Of a stretch of DNA of 64,000 nucleotides, positions 22,295 through 33,396 are shown in pieces. Positions within the stretch are counted from its first letter, which is position 1, and every line of letters begins with the position of its first letter. A program made the translations under genes and the position numbers. Under the pieces are notes generated by a model that had not been told where the DNA came from, did not search any database, and was given only the letters and a program-made list of their open reading frames with translations. Origin of the DNA: Clostridiales bacterium (GTDB lineage Bacteria; Bacillota; Clostridia; Saccharofermentanales; DTU023). The stretch lies in the NCBI GenBank assembly GCA_004556925.1, contig SFFI01000013.1:11563-75562 (forward strand), written 5' to 3'.

Positions 22295-24093
22295 GAGCCC
22301 ACCTCCGCCTGACGGTTGGCTAGGCCTAGTAAAAGCCCCGCCATGAGGTATTTAGCCAGCATGGATGAACCGCCGCGGGCAATAAAAGGTAAGGTGACGC
22401 CTGTCAATGGCACCAGGCCAGTCGAGCCTGCAATAACAACCGCTGCCTCAATAAAGAAGGAAGAAGCCAGCCCCAGGATGAGGGCCGCAGAAAAGCTATC
22501 CCGCGTTACGATAAAGGCATGTGCCCCTCTCAGCCAAAGGGCCATAAAAATAACCACGAGGGCTAAGCCCACCAGTAGCCCCTGTTCTTCAACCAAAAAG
22601 GTGAAAATCATGTCTGAGCTTGCCAGGGGTATGGCACGGGGTTCCGCCTGGCCACAGCCAAGGCCTACCAGGCCTCCCCTAGCCATTGCTTTCAAGCCCC
22701 GGATGATTTGGTCGTTCTGGGCATTCGTTTCAGTCCAAAGGGTGAGCCAGCCGTAAATTCTCCGGCGCACATAGGGAAACAACTGATAGGCCGCGAAGAA
22801 AAAAGCAGAGCCCCCTAGGAGGATTAAGCCGGTTTTGATGTACTCCGAGGTCATGACCAAGAAGACAACCAAACTGACGGGCAAGAGGATCATTAGGGAC
22901 CCTAGATCTGGCAAGAGGAGGATCAGGACAAAGTTAAAGCCCGCCCAGGCCAGAAAGAGCAATTGCCGCTTAAAGGACAAGCGCACCTTAAAGGTCCAGG
23001 CCAAAACAAGAATATAGGTAATCTTGGCAAATTCACTCGGTTGAATCGTCAGACCTAGTGGAAGCCGGATCCATAACCTGGTTCCTGTACCTGTAACATC
23101 CGAGCCCAAGAGGATGCTAGATAAATAAAGGACCGGGGTCAAGACCAGGCAGACCGGGGCCAAACGTTCAATCAGCTTTGTACGGCTGACCACTACAATA
23201 ATTAGGGGCATAATGCCCAGGCCTAAAAGCGGAAAGAGCGCCTGTTTGAACATATCAGAACTGAGAAAGTCTAACCATTTTTCTGCATTCCAGTCCGGAG
23301 TGTCCGGCATGGTCCGGTTTAAGAGCGAAAGCCGCATCTGCATGACAAAACCCAAGGACATGAGGAAGGCAAAGCAGGTAAAGGCCATGCTGTCGAAATG
23401 GCGGAAAATGCGGGGCCAAAGTAAGGAAGAAGAAAGGATAAGCAGCATGAATAAGCCAGAGAGCAGGAGGAAACCAGGTAAAAGGGCCTCAAGGTCAGAG
23501 GGTAACACAAAGGCGACCTGCAGGATGGCTAAGGGTAAATACAGGCCTAAAAGCAAGGAGGCCAGGCTGGGGGGTTGGTTTTGATCCAGGGATAAGCGTT
23601 CCTCCACCTTGCGCAAAGATAGACCCGATTTTTGTGCGGATTTTGCTTCATCAAAAAAGGACAAACTATGGCGGCCCACATCAATCTTATCCTCATGGCG
23701 CAAACGTTTACGTCTTTTGATCTCTTGACCGTTAACCTTGATCAGGGCTTTACCAGAAGAATTGTCAATGTACCAAGCCCCCTTGTACAAGTAGATCATG
23801 GCATGGTGGCGCAGGATGCCCCGGCCCTTTAATTGAATATCAGAAGACCGGGCTTTGCCTAAAGAAGTCGAAAAATAGAGCGGATAGTAGAGGATGCCGT
23901 CTGGCTGACTCTTGTCTTCACCCAATAGAAAATAGTGGTCCACCCCCTGGCGGTGCAGGGTCAAGCGTTCACGCAGGCGGCGATAAGCAGCCACATACAA
24001 CAAGATAGCGGCCACGGCGAAAAATGCGCCGGTTAGGTAGCGCGATACATAAGAAAAATAAGCAGCTGACATTAATGTACAAGACATGTCCAT
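22291..24093 (-). CDS. FHA-domain / SEDS (FtsW-RodA-SpoVE family) fusion protein
   Basis: An N-terminal TM helix and FHA-like block (SSDIQLKGRGILRHHAMIY...YIDNSSGKALIKVNGQEI) are followed by about 10 TM helices with the SEDS C-terminus (PLTGVTLPFIARGGSSM). Confidence 0.85.
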   Translation of the reverse strand: MDMSCTLMSAAYFSYVSRYLTGAFFAVAAILLYVAAYRRLRERLTLHRQGVDHYFLLGEDKSQPDGILYYPLYFSTSLGKARSSDIQLKGRGILRHHAMIYLYKGAWYIDNSSGKALIKVNGQEIKRRKRLRHEDKIDVGRHSLSFFDEAKSAQKSGLSLRKVEERLSLDQNQPPSLASLLLGLYLPLAILQVAFVLPSDLEALLPGFLLLSGLFMLLILSSSLLWPRIFRHFDSMAFTCFAFLMSLGFVMQMRLSLLNRTMPDTPDWNAEKWLDFLSSDMFKQALFPLLGLGIMPLIIVVVSRTKLIERLAPVCLVLTPVLYLSSILLGSDVTGTGTRLWIRLPLGLTIQPSEFAKITYILVLAWTFKVRLSFKRQLLFLAWAGFNFVLILLLPDLGSLMILLPVSLVVFLVMTSEYIKTGLILLGGSAFFFAAYQLFPYVRRRIYGWLTLWTETNAQNDQIIRGLKAMARGGLVGLGCGQAEPRAIPLASSDMIFTFLVEEQGLLVGLALVVIFMALWLRGAHAFIVTRDSFSAALILGLASSFFIEAAVVIAGSTGLVPLTGVTLPFIARGGSSMLAKYLMAGLLLGLANRQAEVGS

Positions 24094-24114
24094 TAATTTT
24101 AGCTTATTTCAGCT

Positions 24115-24143
24115 ATAAAAAAAGCCTGTCGTTATGACAGGCT
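24115..24143 (-). terminator. Intrinsic terminator downstream of hup
   Basis: On the minus strand: AGCCTGTC-ATAAC-GACAGGCT (8-bp stem) followed by TTTTTTT. Confidence 0.7.
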
Positions 24144-24167
24144 AAGAAGTTCAATCGCAAAATAGAA

Positions 24168-24443
24168 CTAGCCGTTGATGCGTTCTTTGAGGTTTTTGCC
24201 AGCTCTGAAAGCAGGAGCCTTGGAAGCAGGAATCTTGATGACTTCTTTGGTGCTGGGATTGCGGCCCATGCGCTCAGCACGCTCACGGACTTCAAAGGTA
24301 CCAAAGCCAACGAGAACAACCTTTTCGCCTTTTTCCAGGTTTTCAGCAATAGCATCAAAGACAGCGTTAACAGCCTTTTCACTCTCTTTTTTGGTCAGCT
24401 CTGTTTTTTCAGAAACAGTAGCGATGAGTTCAGTTTTGTTCAT
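24168..24443 (-). CDS. hup: Nucleoid protein HU
   Basis: [32 protein letters not shown]...[38 protein letters not shown]. Confidence 0.95.
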   Translation of the reverse strand: MNKTELIATVSEKTELTKKESEKAVNAVFDAIAENLEKGEKVVLVGFGTFEVRERAERMGRNPSTKEVIKIPASKAPAFRAGKNLKERING

Positions 24444-24475
24444 ATGAGCCTCCTTTAAGGACTTGATTCCTGAGC

Positions 24476-24504
24476 ATTATGCTAAGTGGAAGCCTGAATG
24501 TCAA
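24476..24504 (-). promoter_or_regulatory. Candidate sigma-A promoter of hup
   Basis: On the minus strand: TTGACA, 17 nt, CATAAT, about 30 nt upstream of the AAAGGAGG RBS. Confidence 0.55.
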
Positions 24505-24575
24505 GAGCCAAGCCTGTTTTGAGACTTTTTCGGCTTAGAAAAAATCGATTTTAATAAATATATCTAGAAATATAT

Positions 24576-25277
24576 TTAGGCCCAAGCTTTCTCTCCCCTA
24601 TCCTCCTCTAGGGCCATTTCTGGAAAAAGATCGCATTTTATTAACTTTTGTATTTGTTTATGCAGAGTTCTCACCGCTTCAGCATTGGTATAGCGGTCTT
24701 TGCATTCAATCAAGACGCGGGTTTTCACCGCCTGAAAGATAGGTTTACCCTCTTCAATCGCTAAGGGTAACATCCTATGCCTGTAATCAAGACCGGTCTC
24801 CTCCATTTCTTTTAGTTTAAGGAGACAGTAGCGCACATTGCGTTCGACATGGCTGGTTTCCACTTGGAAATGTTGAGCAGTCATGGGGTAGAGCATTTTA
24901 GACAAGGAGGTAGAGAGTCCAGGATCCATGGTTAATTGTATGAGCATATACCGCAAAAAGTGGTAGCCCTTGAGCGAATCATCAAAGGCATAGCAGGATA
25001 GGACGGAGTCGACATAAAATTCTACGTTAAATTTTTCTGCCTTGCTACTGCGTTCCGCATCCAAGATGAATTTTTGCGTGACGCCTGCAATACGGCGCGC
25101 AGCGTAGGGAGCCCCCTTGCGGCCATCAATAACATAGTGATAATGCCCTTGCGGGTCACAGACACCTAGGTGGCCTTTATCACCCATGATTTGATTGATA
25201 CGATCTAAGAGTTCAGTATTGCTACCTACTACATAAAAACCCAAACTTTGCACGGTCTCATTGTCGAAATACTTCAT
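24576..25277 (-). CDS. Protein with a Spo0A-C-terminal-like DNA-binding domain and an unrecognised N-terminal domain (no receiver domain)
   Basis: LKGYHFLRYMLIQLTMDPGLSTSLSKMLYPMTAQHFQVETSHVERNVRYCL aligns by eye to B. subtilis Spo0A IKGYLYLREAI...[28 protein letters not shown]. Confidence 0.6.
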   Translation of the reverse strand: MKYFDNETVQSLGFYVVGSNTELLDRINQIMGDKGHLGVCDPQGHYHYVIDGRKGAPYAARRIAGVTQKFILDAERSSKAEKFNVEFYVDSVLSCYAFDDSLKGYHFLRYMLIQLTMDPGLSTSLSKMLYPMTAQHFQVETSHVERNVRYCLLKLKEMEETGLDYRHRMLPLAIEEGKPIFQAVKTRVLIECKDRYTNAEAVRTLHKQIQKLIKCDLFPEMALEEDRGEKAWA

Positions 25278-25409
25278 GGCTCTCCTCCTCGAGGGATGTA
25301 ATTATCTCTAAGAAATTTCCTTATCACTAGCATAACGAGTGACAGAGCCAAAGATTTCAAAAATGCAAGAATTATTGTCGAAATGTAGACCAGGCTTAAG
25401 AGGTTAGTG

Positions 25410-27862
<2,453 letters not shown>

Positions 27863-27878
27863 CTAAGCCTAGCCCGGC

Positions 27879-30530
27879 CTAGTTCTGTTTAATCTGCTCC
27901 AATCTTTGCACGCTAGCGGCTAGGGCATCTTCGTTCGCTTGGAGTTTCGCTTTTTCTTTATCTACCACCGCAGCGGGAGCCTTAGAGGTAAAGTTGTCAT
28001 TAGCCAGCATCTTTTTGCCTCGGCTAATTTCTCCCTGCAGACGTTCGATTTCCGCCTCCAGCTTACCTGCTTCCTCCTTGAGGTCTACCAGGTCTTCCAG
28101 GGCCAGATAGACTGTGCCCGGGCCAAAAGGTGCAGACACCGCATTAAGGGGCAAGTGGCTATCATCCTCAAAGGTCTTCACTTGGCCTACATTAGCCAGA
28201 TGGGCCAGGATAGCCGGATTATCTTCAAAAATTTGACGCACTTGAGGGCTTTCGGCTACAACCATAATATTGAGTGACTTCTTGGGGCTTACTTGTTTGT
28301 CCGCACGAATATTACGGATGCCCCTGACGGCCTCACGCATGATGAAAATTTCTTCTGCATCTTCCGGGAAGTCTAAGCGGGCATCAAGTTGGGGCCAACT
28401 GGCACGGATAAGCTGGCCCTCTTCATGAATGAGGTGTTGGTAAATATCCTCAGTAAAATAGGGCATGAAGGGATGGAGGAGCTTAACGGCCAAGACGAGG
28501 ACCTCGTTTAGGACATACTGGGCTACTAGGCGGCTTTTACCCCCCTGTCGCAGGCGGGGCTTGACCATCTCAATATACCAATCACAGAAGTCATCCCAGA
28601 GGAAGGCGTAGATATTGCCCACTGCATTGCCCAGCTCAAACTTCTCAAAGTTCATATTGACATTCTTTAAGAGGGCCTGGGCCTGGTGCATAATCCAGCG
28701 GTCTTCCCGCTCTAAGTCCTCCAATTGGACGCTGGAGAAATCCATCTCGTCATCAAAGTTCATGACTGTGAAACGGAAGGCATTCCAAACTTTATTAATA
28801 AAGTTACGGGCGGCCTCAATCTTTTCAGTAGAAAAACGCTGGTCATTACCAGGAGAGGCTCCATTCACCAGGGTAAAGCGCAGAGCATCGGCCCCATATT
28901 GCGCAATCATCTCTAAGGGATCAATACCGTTACCCAGGGATTTAGACATCTTCCGTCCTTGGTTGTCGCGAACCAGACCATGGAAAGACACATACTTAAA
29001 GGGGATTTCACCTGTCTGGTGCAGGGAGGAGAAAATCATTCTGGCCACCCAGAAGAAAATAATGTCATAGCCTGTAACCAAAACATTCGTAGGGAAGAAT
29101 TTATGGAGATCCGGCGTATCCTCTGGCCAGCCCAAGGTAGAGAAAGGCCAAAGTGCCGAAGAGAACCAGGTATCTAGGGTGTCAGGATCTTGGTCCAAAT
29201 GCGTAGAACCACAGTGTTCACAGCATTCAGGGGTATGGTCACTCACAGTTATCTCTCCACACTCCTGACAGTACCAGGCAGGGATCCGGTGCCCCCACCA
29301 GAGCTGGCGGGAAATATTCCAGTCCCGCACATTCTCCATCCAGTTGTCATACACCTTGGTAAAGCGCTCGGGAACAAATTGGATAGCCCCTGTTTTGACC
29401 GCTTCAATAGCGGGTTGCGCCAATTTTTCCATGGCCACAAACCACTGTTTAGACAAGCGGGGCTCAATAATGGTATGGCAACGATAACAATGCCCTACTT
29501 GGTGAACCATAGCTTCGGTTTTAACAAGGAAGTCTCCAGCCTCCAAGTCTTGCACGATCGCTTGACGTGCTTCTTCCCTGCTAAGTCCGGCATACTTACC
29601 ACCCTCTGCGTTAATTCGGCCATCCTCTTCCATGACATTGATGATAGGCAGATTATGCCGCCTGCCCACTTCGAAGTCATTGGGGTCATGGGCAGGGGTA
29701 ATCTTAACCACACCCGTACCAAAGTCCCTTTCGACATAGGCATCCGCTACAATGGGAATTTCACGGTTCACCAGGGGTAGGATGACCGTTTTACCTACAT
29801 AGGCCTTATAGCGTTCATCCTCCGGGTGAACCGCCAGCGCCGTATCACCCAGCAAGGTCTCTGGCCGCGTGGTGGCAATTTCTAAATAGCCAGAGCCATC
29901 ACTTAAGGGATAGCGAATATGCCAGAAAGATCCCTGCTCTTCTTCGTGTTCTACTTCTGCATCAGAAATGGAAGTTAAGCAATCGGGGCACCAGTTAATC
30001 AGGCGCTCACCACGATAGATGAGGCCTTCCCGGTACATATCCACAAAGACCTTGGTGACAGCCTGGGAAAGTCCCGCATCCATGGTAAAACGTTGCCGGG
30101 ACCAATCACAGGACAGGCCCAAGCTCTTGGACTGCTCTACAATATGGTTACCATAATTTTCCTTCCAATCCCAAGCGCGCTCCAAGAAAGCCTCTCGCCC
30201 AATATCTTCTTTAGACAGGCCTTCTTTCCGCATGGCTTCTACTATCTTCACTTCCGTCGCAATAGACGCATGGTCTGTTCCTGGCAGGTAGAGCGTTTCA
30301 TAGCCCTGCATGCGCTTTTGGCGGATGAGCATATCCTGCAGGCCCAAGTCCAGGGCATGGCCAATATGTAGGTTGCCTGTAATATTGGGGGGTGGCATGA
30401 CAATGCAAAAGGGCTCTTTGTCCGAGTGGGCATCTGCCCCAAAAGCGCCCTGGTCAAGCCAGGCCTGGTAAATGTGTTTTTCCCTTTCTTGGGGCACAAA
30501 GTGGGTCGGTACGCGGTCAATTCTCGCCAT
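27879..30530 (-). CDS. valS: Valine-tRNA ligase
   Basis: PPPNITGNLHIGHA (HIGH), KMSKSLGN (KMSKS) and a C-terminal coiled coil. Confidence 0.95.
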   Translation of the reverse strand: MARIDRVPTHFVPQEREKHIYQAWLDQGAFGADAHSDKEPFCIVMPPPNITGNLHIGHALDLGLQDMLIRQKRMQGYETLYLPGTDHASIATEVKIVEAMRKEGLSKEDIGREAFLERAWDWKENYGNHIVEQSKSLGLSCDWSRQRFTMDAGLSQAVTKVFVDMYREGLIYRGERLINWCPDCLTSISDAEVEHEEEQGSFWHIRYPLSDGSGYLEIATTRPETLLGDTALAVHPEDERYKAYVGKTVILPLVNREIPIVADAYVERDFGTGVVKITPAHDPNDFEVGRRHNLPIINVMEEDGRINAEGGKYAGLSREEARQAIVQDLEAGDFLVKTEAMVHQVGHCYRCHTIIEPRLSKQWFVAMEKLAQPAIEAVKTGAIQFVPERFTKVYDNWMENVRDWNISRQLWWGHRIPAWYCQECGEITVSDHTPECCEHCGSTHLDQDPDTLDTWFSSALWPFSTLGWPEDTPDLHKFFPTNVLVTGYDIIFFWVARMIFSSLHQTGEIPFKYVSFHGLVRDNQGRKMSKSLGNGIDPLEMIAQYGADALRFTLVNGASPGNDQRFSTEKIEAARNFINKVWNAFRFTVMNFDDEMDFSSVQLEDLEREDRWIMHQAQALLKNVNMNFEKFELGNAVGNIYAFLWDDFCDWYIEMVKPRLRQGGKSRLVAQYVLNEVLVLAVKLLHPFMPYFTEDIYQHLIHEEGQLIRASWPQLDARLDFPEDAEEIFIMREAVRGIRNIRADKQVSPKKSLNIMVVAESPQVRQIFEDNPAILAHLANVGQVKTFEDDSHLPLNAVSAPFGPGTVYLALEDLVDLKEEAGKLEAEIERLQGEISRGKKMLANDNFTSKAPAAVVDKEKAKLQANEDALAASVQRLEQIKQN

Positions 30531-30541
30531 GTTATCTCCTC

Positions 30542-32677
30542 CTAGATCAGTTCCAGTCCCTGAAATTCGATTTGGTCTAAATAGATTGAGCCTTCTGCTT
30601 CCTTGTCTAGCAGGAGGAACTCGAGTTTGCGCAGGCGCATGAGGTCTACCGGGGCATCCTTAAGCTTAAAAACCAGGGTTTGCCAGGATAAGACATTCTT
30701 GATCTCCAAAGGCTCAGACACAGTCTCCCTGTTGTTCACGTCCTCCAGCAGTAAACGCAGGGTCTTAATCCTGTGTTCTGTATTAAAAATTTGCAGATGC
30801 AGTTCAGACCACATATGCAGATCCAAGGGAGGATAGTCAGAAGCGTAATCCAGGACTGGCCCAAAGCTCAGAGGCTTCTCATCTGCCTTGCTATAGCGAA
30901 TTAAAATAGAGGCATTGCCCCTGCGTTTATTGTTGGCCTCCAGCTGGAAGCTGGCTCTGCCGGAGTAAAGCTTCCATAAGGGATAAATACCCGGCGTGGC
31001 CTTCCCCCCCATACGGGGGCTACGGGGGTCCGTAATAGGAAATTTGAACGCCTCCAGGCTATCACAGTAGGACCAGGGGCGTGGCTTTTCGGCCGGACGG
31101 TTCTCGCGGTCCAGGCGGAAAGGGACCAAGGGCATTCCGCTAGAGCCACAAAGGTTTGCTGCCGAGTTAAAATTCCAGAAAGCATAGGAGCAGGAGCGAG
31201 GATTCTTGACCTCATCATGCCAGACGATCACCCGCAACTGATAAAGCTCCTTGGCCTCAGCAAGAACATATTGGCCATCTTCGCCACAAATACTAAAACC
31301 CTTTAACTGCGTTTCTCCATTGCGGAGCCGGATCCCCTTGCCTGCGTTATCAAAGGTCAGGAGCAGCTTATTACCTACACTTTCCGCCCCGACACATTCT
31401 GGTGCAGAATCTGGCATATCAAATTGATAAGCCAGGCCTTGGGCCACCCGGGACATGCGACGGCCAATTTCAAACTTGGCGCGGGGGGTATTGGGACTAT
31501 CATAGTAGCCTGATCCCTGCCGGAAGCTCAGGGGTAAATCATAGTTGGTAATCATGCCCGCCTTAAGGGGGAGTCGCCGTCTGATAGCCGCCAAGGCTTC
31601 GTTAAAATAAGCCAAACGGGCGGGGTCTATATCCGAAGCCAGGCGGGGGGTCATTTGGGAATAGATGAAGCTCAAGCCCGAGAGGGGGCTCTGAAATAAC
31701 TCTTTAAAAACCTGGCAGAGGGCTGGCAGGGCCCGCATATAGTAATCAGGATATTGCAGGTCTTCTTCCCCCTGATACCAAAGAATTCCCCGGAGGCTGA
31801 GGCTCGTATAGGGCGCCAACTTATGATTAAATAATGCCCCGGGTTGATTGTGCAGGGAAAAGGGCAGGTTTTGTGCAGCCTTATCCTTGTTGCCATAGTT
31901 TTGACTTTTGAGGTAGCGATCTGCCGCCTTTTCTTCCGGTGGCAAGGCATTCCAGTTGGACTTATCTCGATAGTGGCGGATCTCCCGTACGTGATTCTTA
32001 ATGATGGCATCTGATTCAATCACCGCACGCGGCAGCCAGGAATGGATATAGGAAGCGGGGCAGGGTAAGGCAAAAACGGCCAGCGGGAGATTTAAGGCTT
32101 TTTGCAGGTCAATAGCAAATGCTACCGCAGTAGCACTCAGCTTTAATACAGCTGCCTGCTCCCCAGCCTGGTACCAGCGGCCACCAAAAATCCTGCCCAC
32201 AGGATCATATGAATATTCCTTGCTACCAATACGCAAGCCATCTTCATTTTGGGTAAAGAACCGCAAGCCGGAATCGTTAGTCAAGCCCTTAATTAAAGGG
32301 GCGACGTCTGTGTGCTCTACCGCCATAGACATGTTGGAAGAGCCCGCAGCCAGCCAAACCTCGCCAAAGAGGATATCCTCAAATACCAAGCTCTCCCCTA
32401 CAGCCTCCACGGTCAGGCGAAATCTATCGTAGGAGCCCTCGATCATGGGAAGTTTGAACTCAAAAAAGCCGTCTTCTTCCGCATAGTCTTTCTCTTGAAA
32501 AATGAGGCCGTATTCTGCTTCCAGGGAAGATAGGAGCCGGCCAGAGGGAAAACGTTCCAGGCTAATGGTAACTTGAGCAGAGGGGGCCGTATTCCCATAT
32601 ATGCGGGTTCTTACCTGCTGCTGTAAAACCATGTGGTCACCAAACCAGGCAGGCAGGCTAAGATTATTTTTAGACAT
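30542..32677 (-). CDS. Sialate O-acetylesterase-like (SASA/SGNH-type) carbohydrate esterase with an extra C-terminal beta-rich domain
   Basis: LPAWFGDHMVLQQ, GEVWLAAGSSNMSM and ILWYQGEEDL resemble the SASA family. Confidence 0.65.
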   Translation of the reverse strand: MSKNNLSLPAWFGDHMVLQQQVRTRIYGNTAPSAQVTISLERFPSGRLLSSLEAEYGLIFQEKDYAEEDGFFEFKLPMIEGSYDRFRLTVEAVGESLVFEDILFGEVWLAAGSSNMSMAVEHTDVAPLIKGLTNDSGLRFFTQNEDGLRIGSKEYSYDPVGRIFGGRWYQAGEQAAVLKLSATAVAFAIDLQKALNLPLAVFALPCPASYIHSWLPRAVIESDAIIKNHVREIRHYRDKSNWNALPPEEKAADRYLKSQNYGNKDKAAQNLPFSLHNQPGALFNHKLAPYTSLSLRGILWYQGEEDLQYPDYYMRALPALCQVFKELFQSPLSGLSFIYSQMTPRLASDIDPARLAYFNEALAAIRRRLPLKAGMITNYDLPLSFRQGSGYYDSPNTPRAKFEIGRRMSRVAQGLAYQFDMPDSAPECVGAESVGNKLLLTFDNAGKGIRLRNGETQLKGFSICGEDGQYVLAEAKELYQLRVIVWHDEVKNPRSCSYAFWNFNSAANLCGSSGMPLVPFRLDRENRPAEKPRPWSYCDSLEAFKFPITDPRSPRMGGKATPGIYPLWKLYSGRASFQLEANNKRRGNASILIRYSKADEKPLSFGPVLDYASDYPPLDLHMWSELHLQIFNTEHRIKTLRLLLEDVNNRETVSEPLEIKNVLSWQTLVFKLKDAPVDLMRLRKLEFLLLDKEAEGSIYLDQIEFQGLELI

Positions 32678-32685
32678 CCTGAAGC

Positions 32686-33396
32686 TTATCCTTTCCCCGC
32701 GAACTCCAAATTATTATATAGGTCGCGGAAAGGGCCAGCAAGGTCACGGGGAAAGCCCTTCAGGTAAAGGGCTTCCCGGATAATCCGCGCCCCCCAGCAG
32801 GCAGGCGCAAGTTCTGGCTTAAACTCTGCTAAAGCTTTGAGCATCAAGTCTGGCCTAAGATTTTCCGAGGAGCCAGCCTTGCAGCAATACATAAAGCTAT
32901 TCTCATCTATAACCTGCCACTGATAGAGATAGGAAAATAATTGCAGGCTCCGTTGCTTACCCTTGTGTTCTCTGATGATTTCTACGCTCTCAGGCTTCTG
33001 GGCCAGCTGGGCAAAAGTTTGGCCTAGCCCGGGGCCCTCCAAGCGATAGGCTGCGGCTTGCACCAAGGCCATGAGGGACTTTTGATGGTCGGGACTGACT
33101 CTAACCTCTACAATAGTCAAGCCCCGGGGAAGCTTTGCGTTCAGGTCCTGCATAATGTCCTGAGGCAAGAGCTTTTCTGTCGTCTCTATCTCCAGAAGGT
33201 CGCGCCGGCATTCCACTCCCAGCCCCAAAGGCAGGGCAAAAACTAGGGAGGGACGCGGATTATAACCCTGGCTCCAAACCAGAGGCAAGCCAGCCCGGCG
33301 GAGGGACCGCTCAAAAACCACCATGAGGTCCAAATGGCCAAGCCAGGCTAGGGTGCCTTCGCGGGCAAAGGTCAAGAGATAGGTATACTTATCCAT
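32686..33396 (-). CDS. Radical-SAM-associated protein (DUF2344 / TIGR03936-like)
   Basis: LAWLGHLDLMVVFERSLRRAGLPLVWSQGYNPRP, plus an 8-nt overlap with the upstream radical SAM gene. Confidence 0.8.
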   Translation of the reverse strand: MDKYTYLLTFAREGTLAWLGHLDLMVVFERSLRRAGLPLVWSQGYNPRPSLVFALPLGLGVECRRDLLEIETTEKLLPQDIMQDLNAKLPRGLTIVEVRVSPDHQKSLMALVQAAAYRLEGPGLGQTFAQLAQKPESVEIIREHKGKQRSLQLFSYLYQWQVIDENSFMYCCKAGSSENLRPDLMLKALAEFKPELAPACWGARIIREALYLKGFPRDLAGPFRDLYNNLEFAGKG

